From Eledone cirrhosa (lineage: Eukaryota), in contig OZ024741.1 of the NCBI GenBank assembly GCA_964016885.1, positions 258,912,001-258,976,000 of the forward strand: a DNA stretch of 64,000 bases, given 5' to 3'. Below, in pieces: positions 1 to 11,588 of the stretch. Both the position numbers and the translations under genes were made by a program. The notes under the pieces were generated by a model. The model did no database searches. It worked only from the letters and a program-made list of their open reading frames with translations, and was not told the origin of the DNA. Position 1 is the first letter of the stretch. The number at the start of each line of letters is the position of its first letter.

Positions 1-3000
1 CGAAACACTCATAAGTCGAAACACTCGTAAGTCGAAACACACGTAAGCCGAAACACTGAAACACTCGTAAGCCGAAACACTCGTTAGTCGAAACACTCGT
101 AAGCCGAAACACTCGTAAGCCGAAACACTCGTAAGCCGAAATACTCGTAGGTCAAAACATTCGTAAGCCGAAACACTCGTAAGTGGAAACACGCGTAAGC
201 CGGAACACTCGTAAGTCGAAACACTCGTACGCCGAAACACTCGTAAGTCGGAGCACTCGTAAGTCGAAACACCGTAAGTCAAAACACTCGTAAGTCGAAA
301 CACTCGTAAGCCAAAAATACTCGTAAGTCGAAACACCCTTAAGTCAAAACACTCGTAAGTCGAAACTCTCGTAAGCCGAAACACCCGTAAGTCAAAACAC
401 CCGTAAGTCGAAACACTCGTAAGTCGAAACACTCGTACGCCGAAACACTCGTAAGTAAAAACATTAGTAAGTCGAAACACTCGTAAGCCGAAAGACTCGT
501 AAGTCGAAACACTCGTAAGCCGAAGCACCCGTAAGTCAAAACATTCGTAAGTCAAAACACTCGTAAGTCGAAACACTCGTAAGTAGAAACACTCGTAAGT
601 CAAATCTCTCGTACGCCGAAACACTCGTAAGTAAAAACATTAGTAAGTCGAAACACTCGTAAGCCGAAACACTCGTAAGCCGAAACACTCATAAGTCGAA
701 ACACTCGTAAGTCGAAACACACGTAAGCCGAAACACTGAAACACTCGTAAGCCGAAACACTCGTAAGTCGAAACACTCGTAAGCCGAAACACTCGTAAGC
801 CGAAACACTCGTAAGCCGAAATACTCGTAAGTCAAAACATTCGTAAGCCGAAACACTCGTAAGTGGAAACACGCGTAAGCCGGAACACTCGTAAGTCGAA
901 ACACTCGTACGCCGAAACACTCGTAAGTCGGAACACCGTAAGTCAAAACACTCGTATGTCGAAACATCCGTAAATCAGAACACTCGTAAGTCGAAACACT
1001 CGTAAGCCGAAACACTCGTAAGTCGAAACACTCGTAAGCCGAAACACGCGTAAGTCAAAACACCCGTAAGTCGAAACACTCGTAAGTCGAAACACTCGTA
1101 AGCCGAAACACTCGTAAGTCGGAACACTCGTAAGTCGAAACACCGTAAGTCAAAACACTCGTAAGTCGAAACACTCGTAAGCCAAAAATAATCGTAAGTC
1201 GAAACACCCTTAAGTCAAAACACTCGTAAGTCGAAACTCTCGTAAGCCGAAACACCCGTAAGTCAAAACACCCGTAAGTCGAAACACTCGTGAGTCGAAA
1301 CACTCGTACGCCGAAACACTCGTAAGTAAAAACATTAGTAAGTCGAAACACTCGTAAGCCGAAAGACTCGTAAGTCGAAACACTCGTAAGCCGAAACACC
1401 CGTAAGTCAAAACATTCGTAAGTCAAAACACTCGTAAGTCGAAACACTCGTCAGTAGAAACACTCGTAAGTCAAATCTCTCGTACGCCGAAACACTCGTA
1501 AGTAAAAACATTAGTAAGTCGAAACACTCGTAAGCCGAAACACTCATAAGTCGAAACACTCGTAAGCCGAAACACCCGTAAGTCAAAACATTCGTAAGTC
1601 AAAACACTCGTAAGTCGAAACACCCGTAAGTCAAAACACTCGTATGTCGAAACACTCGTAAGCCGAAACAACGTAAGTAAAAACACTCGTACGTCGAAAC
1701 ACCCATAAGTCGAAACACTCGTAAGCCGAAACACTCGTAACTCGAAACACTCATAAGCCGAAACACTCGTAAGTCGGAACACTCGTAAATCAGAACACCC
1801 GCAAGTCAGAACACTCGTAAATCAGAACACTCTTAAGTCGAAACTCACGTAAGCCGAAACACTCGTAAGTCGAAACACTCGTAAGTCGAAACATCCTTCA
1901 GTCGAAACACTCGTACACCGAAACACTCGTAAGTATAAACATTAGTAAGTCGAAACACTCGTAAGCCGAAACACTCGTAAGTCGAAACACTCGTAAGTCG
2001 AAACACCCGTAAGTCAAAACGCTCGTATGTCGAAACACTCGTAAACCGAAACACTCGTAAGTCGGAACACTCGTAAGTCAGAACACTCGTAAGTCAGAAC
2101 ACTCGTAAGTCGAAACACTCATAAGTCGAAACACTCGTAAGTCGAAACACCCGTAAGTCGAAACACCCGTAAGTCAAAACACTCGTAAGTCGAAACACTC
2201 GTAAGTCGAAACACCCATAAGCCGAAACACTCGTAAGCCAAAACATTCGTAAGTCGAAACACTCGTAAGTCGAAACACCCATAGCCGAAACACTCGTAAG
2301 TCGGAACACACGTAAGTCAGAACACCCGTAAGTCAGAACACTCGTAAGTCAGAACACTCGTAAGTCAGAGCACTCGTATCGAAACACTCGTATGTCAAAA
2401 CACCCGTAAGTCAAAACACTCGTAAGTCGAAACACTCGTAAGCCGAAACACCGTAAGCCAAAACACTCGTAAGTCGAAACACCCGTAAGTCGGAACACTC
2501 GTAAGTCGAAACACTCGTAAGTCGAAACACTCGTAAGCCGAAACACTCGTAAGCCGAAACACTCGTAAGTCGGAACACTCGTAAGTCGGAACACTCGTAA
2601 GTCAGAACACTCGTAAGTCAGAACACTCGTAAGTCAGAACACTCGTAAGTCGAAACACTCGTATCGAAACACTCGTATGTCAAAACACTCGTAAGTCAAA
2701 ACACTCGTAAGTCGAAACACTCGTAAGTCGAAACACTCGTATGTCGAAACATCCGTAAATCAGAACACTCGTAAGTCGAAACACTCGTAAGTCGAAACAC
2801 TCGTAAGCCGAAACACTCGTAAGTCGAAACACTCGTATCGAAACACTCGTAAGTCGAAACACCCTTAAGTCAAAACACTCGTAAGCCAAAACACTCGTAA
2901 GTCGAAACACTCGTAAGTCGGAACACTCGTAAGTCAGAACACTCGTAAGTCAGAACACTCGTAAGTGGAAACACGCGTAAGTCGAAAGACCCGTAAGTCA

Positions 3001-3084
3001 AAAATCTCGTAAGTCAAAACACTCGTAAGCCGAAACACTCGTAAGTCGAAACACTCGTAAGTCGAAACATTCGTAAAGCGAAAC

Positions 3085-3154
3085 GTATAAATAAAGATTA
3101 ATGTAATGAACTTGAAAAGCATAGATATTTGAAACCGCGTCTAATTGTTATTTT
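3085..3154. repeat. B module copy 1 (70-bp AT-rich interspersed unit)
   Basis: GTATAAATAAAGATTAATGTAATGAAYTTGAAAAGCATAGATATTTGAAACCGCGTCTAWTTGTTATTTT, always preceded by the variant monomer GTAAAGCGAAAC; 18 copies. Confidence 0.95.
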
Positions 3155-4068
3155 CGTAAGTCGAAACACTCGTAAGTCAGAACACTCGTAAGTCAGAACA
3201 CTCTTAAGTCAGAACACTCGTATCGAAACACTCGTATGTCAAAACACCCGTAAGTCAAAACACTCGTAAGTCGAAACACTCGTAAGTCGAAACACTCGTA
3301 AGCCGAAACAATCGTAAGTCAAAACACTCGTAAGTCGAAACACTCGTAAGCCGAAAATACTCGTAAGTCGGAACACCCGTAAGCCGAAACCCTCGTAAGT
3401 CGAAACACTCGTAAGCCGAAACACCCGTAAGTCAGAACATTCGTAAGTCAAAACACTCGTAAGTCGAAACACTCGTAAGTCGAAACACTCGTAAGTCGAA
3501 ACACTCGTAAGTCGAAACACCCGTAAGTCAAAACACTCGTAATCGTAACACTCGTAAGTCGGAACACTCGTAACACTCGTAAGTCGAAACACTCGTATCG
3601 AAACACTCGTATGTCAAAACACCCGTAAGTCATAACACTCGTAAGTCGAAACACTCGTAAGCAGAAACAGCGTAAGTCAAAACACTCGTAAGTCAAAACA
3701 CTCGAAAGTCGAAACACTCGTAAGTCGAAACACTCGTAAGTCGTAACACTCGTAAGCCGAAACACTCGTAAGTCGAAACACTCGTAAGTCGTAACACTCG
3801 TAAGTCGAAACACTCGTAAGTCGAAACACTCGTAAGTCGAAACACTCGTAAGTCGAAATACTCGTAAGCCGAAACACTCGTAAGTCGGAACACTCGTAAG
3901 TCAGAACGCTCGTAAGTCAGAACACTCGTAAGTCAGAACACTCGTAAGTCAGATCACTCGTAAGTCAGAACACTCGTAAGTCAGAACACTCGTAAGTCGA
4001 AACACTCGTATCGAAACACTCGTAAGTCAAAACACCAGATCAAAAGGTTGAATTTTATGTGCATAACA

Positions 4069-4464
4069 AACACTCCCTGAAACATAAGTAATAAACATGT
4101 AAAGTTTGAAAAAAATCGGTTGGGTACTTCTCGCATTTTAGGGATTCAAACTCACAGACACACACACACACAGACAGACATCCTCAGGGAAGTGACGTAA
4201 TGCAGACAGCCAGACATACAGACAGATATTATAAGGGCACGACGTTATATGTATGTATCTATCTAAAAAGAGAAAGACTAAGAATTATAGAGAGAGATCG
4301 CTTAATCGCCTAATGTGGTCCCTAGGGTATTGAAAATTTGAAATATTTTTTGCTCAGAACACTCCCTGAAACATAAGTATTACATGTGTAAAGTTCGAAA
4401 ACAGTCGGTTGGGTGGTTCTCGAGTTTTAAGGATTGAAACTCACACACAGACAGACATCCTCAG
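4069..4464. repeat. Imperfect ~110-120-bp direct repeat inside the A module (4069-4187 and 4358-4464)
   Basis: Both copies read AACACTCCCTGAAACATAAGTA...TGTAAAGTTYGAAAA...TCGGTTGGGT..TTCTCG..TTTTA.GGATT.AAACTCACA...CAGACAGACATCCTCAG. Confidence 0.93.
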
Positions 4465-4479
4465 TTTTATATATATAGA

Positions 4480-4516
4480 CTAGCAGAAAACCACCCGGTG
4501 AGCGGTTTTCTGCTAG
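4480..4516. other. 37-bp palindrome/hairpin (13-bp perfect stem, 11-nt centre), present in all 17 A modules
   Basis: CTAGCAGAAAACC-ACCCGGTGAGC-GGTTTTCTGCTAG; the arms are exact reverse complements; followed by CAAAT-CTAG-T. Confidence 0.97.
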
Positions 4517-4692
4517 CAAATCTAGTGTATATACTGATATTGTTGAGATTTGGATGAGAAATGTTTTTGGCACCACATGTTCAAGCGTCTCTCGGTGTGT
4601 CTTTTATGCATGTATAAATATGTTATCTATACGGTGAAATCTTTGAAATAAATATATGTTAAAACGAAAAAGGAGAAAAAGAGATTAGTGAC

Positions 4693-4775
4693 GGAAATAT
4701 AAACGTTATGATATAACGATGGAAATATATAAACGTTTACGATAAAACGATGGAAATAGAAACGTTTATATATAA
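4693..4775. repeat. Three degenerate ~30-bp AT-rich tandem repeats at the right end of the A module
   Basis: GGAAATATAAACGTTATGATATAACGAT / GGAAATATATAAACGTTTACGATAAAACGAT / GGAAATAGAAACGTTTATATATAA. Confidence 0.85.
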
Positions 4776-6562
4776 TAATCCGAAAGACTCGTAAGCCGAA
4801 ACACTCGTAAGCCGAAACACTCATAAGTCGAAACACTCGTAAGTCGAAACACACGTAAGCCGAAACACTGAAACACTCGTAAGCCGAAACACTCGTTAGT
4901 CGAAACACTCGTAAGCCGAAACACTCGTAAGCCGAAACACTCGTAAGCCGAAATACTCGTAAGTCAAAACATTCGTAAGCCGAAACACTCGTAAGTGGAA
5001 ACACGCGTAAGCCGGAACACTCGTAAGTCGAAACACTCGTACGCCGAAACACTCGTAAGTCGGAGCACTCGTAAGTCGAAACACCGTAAGTCAAAACACT
5101 CGTAAGTCGAAACACTCGTAAGCCAAAAATACTCGTAAGTCGAAACACCCTTAAGTCAAAACACTCGTAAGTCGAAACTCTCGTAAGCCGAAACACCCGT
5201 AAGTCAAAACACCCGTAAGTCGAAACACTCGTAAGTCGAAACACTCGTACGCCGAAACACTCGTAAGTAAAAACATTAGTAAGTCGAAACACTCGTAAGC
5301 CGAAAGACTCGTAAGTCGAAACACTCGTAAGCCGAAGCACCCGTAAGTCAAAACATTCGTAAGTCAAAACACTCGTAAGTCGAAACACTCGTAAGTAGAA
5401 ACACTCGTAAGTCAAATCTCTCGTACGCCGAAACACTCGTAAGTAAAAACATTAGTAAGTCGAAACACTCGTAAGCCGAAACACTCGTAAGCCGAAACAC
5501 TCATAAGTCGAAACACTCGTAAGTCGAAACACACGTAAGCCGAAACACTGAAACACTCGTAAGCCGAAACACTCGTAAGTCGAAACACTCGTAAGCCGAA
5601 ACACTCGTAAGCCGAAACACTCGTAAGCCGAAATACTCGTAAGTCAAAACATTCGTAAGCCGAAACACTCGTAAGTGGAAACACGCGTAAGCCGGAACAC
5701 TCGTAAGTCGAAACACTCGTACGCCGAAACACTCGTAAGTCGGAACACCGTAAGTCAAAACACTCGTATGTCGAAACATCCGTAAATCAGAACACTCGTA
5801 AGTCAAAACACTCGTAAGTCGAAACACTCGTAAGCCAAAAATACTCGTAAGTCGAAACACCCTTAAGTCAAAACACTCTTAAGTCGAAACACTCGTAAGC
5901 CGAAACACGCGTAAGTCAAAACACCCGTAAGTCGAAACACTCGTAAGTCGAAACACTCGTAAGCCGAAACACCCGTAAGTCAAAACATTCGTAAGTCAAA
6001 ACACTCGTAAGTCGAAACACTCGTAAGTAGAAACACTCGTAAGTCAAATCTCTCGTACGCCGAAACACTCGTAAGTAAAAACATTAGTAAGTCGAAACAC
6101 TCGTAAGCCGAAACACTCATAAGTCGAAACACTCGTAAGCCGAAACACCCGTAAGTCAAAACATTCGTAAGTCAAAACACTCGTAAGACGAAACACCCGT
6201 AAGTCAAAACACTCGTAAGCCGAAACACTCGTAAGTCGAAACACTCATAAGCCGAAACACTCGTAAGTCGGAACACTCGTAAATCAGAACACCCGCAAGT
6301 CAGAACACTCGTAAATCAGAACACTCTTAAGTCGAAACTCACGTAAGCCGAAACACTCGTAAGTCGAAACACTCGTAAGTCGAAACATCCTTAAGTTGAA
6401 ACACTCGTACACCGAAACACTCGTAAGTATAAACATTAGTAAGTCGAAACACTCGTAAGTCGAAAGACCCGTAAGTCAAAACTCTCGTAAGTCAAAACAC
6501 TCGTAAGCCGAAACACTCGTAAGTCGAAACACTCGTAAGTCGAAACATTCGTAAAGCGAAAC

Positions 6563-6632
6563 GTATAAATAAAGATTAATGTAATGAACTTGAAAAGCAT
6601 AGATATTTGAAACCGCGTCTATTTGTTATTTT
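6563..6632. repeat. B module copy 2
   Basis: Same 70-bp sequence. Confidence 0.95.
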
Positions 6633-7563
6633 CGTAAGTCGAAACACTCGTAAGTCAGAACACTCGTAAGTCAGAACACTCTTAAGTCAGAACACTCGTA
6701 TCGAAACACTCGTATGTCAAAACACCCGTAAGTCAAAACATTCGTAAGTCGAAACACTCGTAAGTCGAAACACTCGTAAGCCGAAACAATCGTAAGTCAA
6801 AACACTCGTAAGTCGAAACACTCGTAAGCCGAAAATACTCGTAAGTCGGAACACCCGTAAGCCGAAACCCTCGTAATTCGAAACACTCGTAAGCCGAAAC
6901 ACCCGTAAGTCAGAACATTCGTAAGTCAAAACACTCGTAAGTCGAAACACTCGTAAGTCGAAACACTCGTAAGTCGAAATACTCGTAAGTCGAAACACCC
7001 GTAAGTCAAAACACTCGTAAGTCAGAATACTCGTAGGTCAGAACACTCGTAAGTCGAAACACTCGTAAGTCAGAACACTCGTAACACTCGTAAGTCGAAA
7101 CACTCGTATCGAAACACTCGTATGTCAAAACACCCGTAAGTCATAACACTCGTAAGTCGAAACACTCGTAAGCAGAAACACCGTATGTCAAAACACTCGT
7201 AAGTCAAAACACTCGAAAGTCGAAACACTCGTAAGTCGAAACACTCGTAAGTCGAAACACTCGTAAGCCGAAACACTCGTAAGTCGAAACACTCGTAAGT
7301 CGTAACACTCGTAAGTCGAAACACTCGTAAGTCGAAACACTCGTAAGTCGAAACACTCGTAAGCCGAAACACTCGTAAGACGAAACACTCGTAAGCCGAA
7401 ACACTCGTAAGTCGGAACACTCGTAAGTCAGAACGCTCGTAAGTCAGAACACTCGTAAGTCAGAACACTCGTAAGTCAGAACACTCGTAAGTCAGAACAC
7501 TCGTAAGTCAGAACACTCGTAAGTCGAAACACTCGTATCGAAACACTCGTAAGTCAAAACACC

Positions 7564-8303
7564 AGATCAAAAGGTTGAATTTTATGTGCATAACAAACAC
7601 TCCCTGAAACATAAGTAATACACATGTAAAGTTTGAAAAAAATCGGTTGGGTACTTCTCGCATTTTAGGGATTCAAACTCACAGACACACACACACACAG
7701 ACAGACATCCTCAGGGAAGTGACGTAATGCAGACAGCCAGACATACAGACAGATATTATAAGGGCACGACGTTATATGTATGTATCTATCTAAAAAGAGA
7801 AAGACTAAGAATTATAGAGAGAGATCGCTAAATCGCCTAATGTTGTCCCTAGGGCATTGAAAATTTGAAATATTTTTTGCTCAGAACACTCCCTGAAACA
7901 TAAGTATTACATGTGTAAAGTTCGAAAACAGTCGGTTGGGTGGTTCTCGAGTTTTAAGGATTGAAACTCACACACAGACAGACATCCTCAGTTTTATATA
8001 TATAGACTAGCAGAAAACCACCCGGTGAGCGGTTTTCTGCTAGCAAATCTAGTGTATATACTGATATTGTTGAGATTTGGATGAGAAATGTTTTTGGCAC
8101 CACATGTTCAAGCGTCTCTCGGTGTGTCTTTTATGCATGTATAAATATATATGTTATCTATACGGTGAAATCTTTGAAATAAATATATGTTAAAACGAAA
8201 AAGGAGAAAAAGAGATTAGTGACGGAAATATAAACGTTATGATATAACGATGGAAATATATAAACGTTTACGATAAAACGATGGAAATAGAAACGTTTAT
8301 ATA
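7564..8303. repeat. A module copy 2
   Basis: Near-identical to 4037-4775; AGA|CTAG junction at 8006/8007. Confidence 0.95.
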
Positions 8304-10810
8304 TAAGCCGAAAGACTCGTAAGCCGAAACACTCGTAAACCGAAACACTCATAAGTCGAAACACTCGTAAGTCGAAACACACGTAAGCCGAAACACTCGT
8401 AAGTGGAAACACGCGTAAGCCGAAATACTCGTAAGTCAAAACATTTGTAAGCCGAAACACTCGTAAGTGGAAACACGCGTAAGCCGGAACACTCGTAAGT
8501 CGAAACACTCGTACGCCGAAACACTCGTAAGTCGGAACACTCGTAAGTCGAAACACTCGTAAGTCAAAACACTCGTAAGTCGAAACACTCGTAAGTCGAA
8601 ACACACGTAAGCCGAAACACTGAAACACTCGTAAGCCGAAACACTCGTAAGTCGAAACACTCGCAAGTCGAAGTAAGTCAAAACATTCGTAAGTCAAAGC
8701 ACTCGTAAGTCGAAACACTCGTAAGTCGAAACAATCGTAAGTCAAAACACTCATACGCTGAAACACTCGTAAGTCGAAACACTCGTAAGTCGAAGCGCTC
8801 GTAAGTCGAAACACTCTTAAGTCGAAACACCCGTAAGTCGAAACACCCGTAAGTCAAAACACTCGTATGTCGAAACACTCGTAAGCCGAAACACCGTAAG
8901 TCAAAACACTCGTAAGTCGAAACACTCGTAAGTCGAAACACTCGTAAGCCGAAACACGCGTAAGCCAAAACATTCATAACTCGAAACACTCGTAAGCCGA
9001 AACACTCGTAAGTCGAAACACTCGTAAGCCGAAGCACTCGTAAGTCGAAACCCTCATAAGCCGAAACACTCGTAAGTCGGAACACTCGTAAGTCAGAACA
9101 CCCATAAGTCAGAACACTCGTAAGTCAGAACACTCGTAAGTCAGAACACTCGTAAGTCAGAACACTCGTATCGAAACACTCGTAAGTCAAAACACTCGTA
9201 AGTCGAAACACTCGTAAGCCGAAACACGGTAAGTCAAAACACTCGTAAGTCGAAACACTCGTAAGCCGAAACATTCGTAAGCCAAAACAATCGTAAGTCA
9301 AAACAATCGTAAGCCGAAACACTCGTAAGTCGGAACACCCGTAAGTCAGAACACTCGTAAGTCGAAACACTCGTAAGTCGAAACACTCGTAAGTCGAAAC
9401 ACGCGTAAGTCAGAACACTCGTAGGACAGAACATTCGGAAGTCCAAACACTCGTAAGTCAGAACACTCGTAACACTCGTAAGTCGAAACACTCGTATCGA
9501 AACACTCGTATGTCAAAACACCCGTAAGTCATAACACTCGTAAGCCGAAACACTCGTAAGCCGAAACACTCGTAAGCCGAAATACTCGTAAGTGGAAACA
9601 CGCGTAAGCCGGAACACTCGTAAGTCGAAACACTCGCAAGTCGAAACACTCGTAAGTCGAAACACTCGTAAGTAGGAACACTCGTATGTCAGATCACTCG
9701 TAAGTCGAAGTAAGTCGAAACACTCGTAAGTCAAAACACTCATACGCTGAAACACTCGTAAGTCGAAACACTCGTAAGTCGAAGCGCTCGTAAATCGAAA
9801 CACTCTTAAGTCGAAACACCCGTAAGTCGAAACACTCGTAAGTCAAAACACTCGTATGTCGAAACACTCGTAAGCCGAAACACCGTAAGTCAAAACACTC
9901 GTAAGTCGAAACACTCGTAAGTCGAAACACTCGTAAGTCGAAACACTCGTAAGCCGAAACACTCGTAAGTCGAAACACTCGTAAGCCGAAACACTCATAA
10001 GTCGAAACCGTCATAAGCCGAAACACTCGTAAGTCGGAACACTCGTAAGTCAGAACACCCGTAAGTCAGAACACTCGTAAGTCAGAATACTCGTAAGTCA
10101 GAACACTCGTATCGAAACACTCGTATGTCAAAACACCCGTAAGTCAAAACACTCGTAAGTCGAAACACTCGTAAGCCGAAACACCGTAAGTCAAAACACT
10201 CGTAAGTCGAATCACTCGTAAGCCGAAACATTCGTAAGCCAAAACAATCGTAAATCAAAACAATCGTAAGCCGAAACACTCGTAAGTCGGAACACCCGTA
10301 AGTCAGAACACTCGTAAGTCGAAACACTCGTAAGTCAGACCATTCGTAGTCGAAACACGCGTAAGTCAGAACACTCGTAGGTCAGAACATTCGTAAGTCG
10401 AAACACTCGTAAATCAGAACACTCGTAACACTCGTAAGTCGAAACACTCGTATCGAAACACTCGTAATTCAAAACACCCGTAAGTCATAACACTCGTAAG
10501 TCGAAACACTCGTAAGCAGAAACACCGTAAGTCAAAACACTCGTAAGTCAAAACACTCGTAAATCGAAACACTCGTAAGTCGAAACACTCGTAAGTCGGA
10601 ACACTCGTAAACCGAAACACTCGTAAGTCGGAACGCTCGTAAGTCGGAACACTCGTAAGTCAGAACACTCGTAAGTCGAAACACTCGTAAGCCGAAACAC
10701 CCGTAAGTCAAAACACTCTTAAGTCAAAACACTCGTAAGACGAAACACACGTAAGTCAAAACACTCGTAAGTCGAAACACTCGTACGCCGAAACACTCGT
10801 AAAGCGAAAC

Positions 10811-10880
10811 GTATAAATAAAGATTAATGTAATGAATTTGAAAAGCGTAGATATTTGAAACCGCCTCTATTTGTTATTTT
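10811..10880. repeat. B module copy 3
   Basis: Same 70-bp sequence. Confidence 0.95.
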
Positions 10881-11588
10881 CGTAAGTCGAAACACTCGTA
10901 AGCCGAAACACTCGTAAGTCGAAACACTCGTAAGTCGGAACATTCGTAAGTCGAAACACTCGTAAGTCGAAACACTCGTAAGTCGAAACACGCGTAAGCC
11001 GAAACACCCGTAAGTTAAAACACTCGTAAGTCGAAACACTCGTAAGTCGAAACACTCGTAAGTCGAAACACCCGTAAGTCAAAACACTCGTAAGTCAGAA
11101 CACTCGTAGTTCAGAACACTCGTAAGTCGAAACACTCGTAAGTCAGAACACTCGTAACACTCGTAAGTCGAAACACTCGTATCGAAACACTCGTATGTCA
11201 AAACACCCGTAAGTCATAACACTCGTAAGTCGAAACACTCGTAAGCAGAAACACCGTAAGTCAAATCACTCGTAAGTCAAAACACTCGAAAGTCGAAACA
11301 CTCGTAAGTCGAAACACTCGTAAGTCGAAACACTCGTAAGCCGAAACACCCGTAAGTCGAAACACTCGTAAGTCGTAACACTCGTAAGTCGAAACACTCG
11401 TAAGTCGAAACACTCGTAAGCCGAAACACTCGTAAGTCGGAACACTCGTAAGTCAGAACGCTCGTAAGTCAGAACACTCGTAAGTCAGAACACTCGTAAG
11501 TCAGAACACTCGTAAGTCAGAACACTCGTAAGTCAGAACACTCGTAAGTCGAAACACTCGTATCGAAACACTCGTAAGTCAAAACACC

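Larger units (their letters stand above)
4037..4775. repeat. A module copy 1 (~740-bp interspersed unit with Helitron-like termini)
   Basis: Starts AGATCAAAAGGTTG after ...GTCAAAACACC, ends ...AACGTTTATATATAA; contains (CA)n/CAGA microsatellite and a 37-bp palindrome; recurs 17 times. Confidence 0.95.

Noticed and set aside
4480-4516. Rho-independent terminator or structured RNA gene
   Set aside because: There is no upstream gene or following U-tract, the context is eukaryote-like satellite, and no tRNA, 5S or snRNA motifs were recognised in the A or B modules.
4037-4775. A module as a TIR transposon (MITE), SINE or solo LTR
   Set aside because: No terminal inverted repeats, target-site duplication, TG...CA ends, recognisable Pol III A/B boxes or poly(A) tail at its boundaries.
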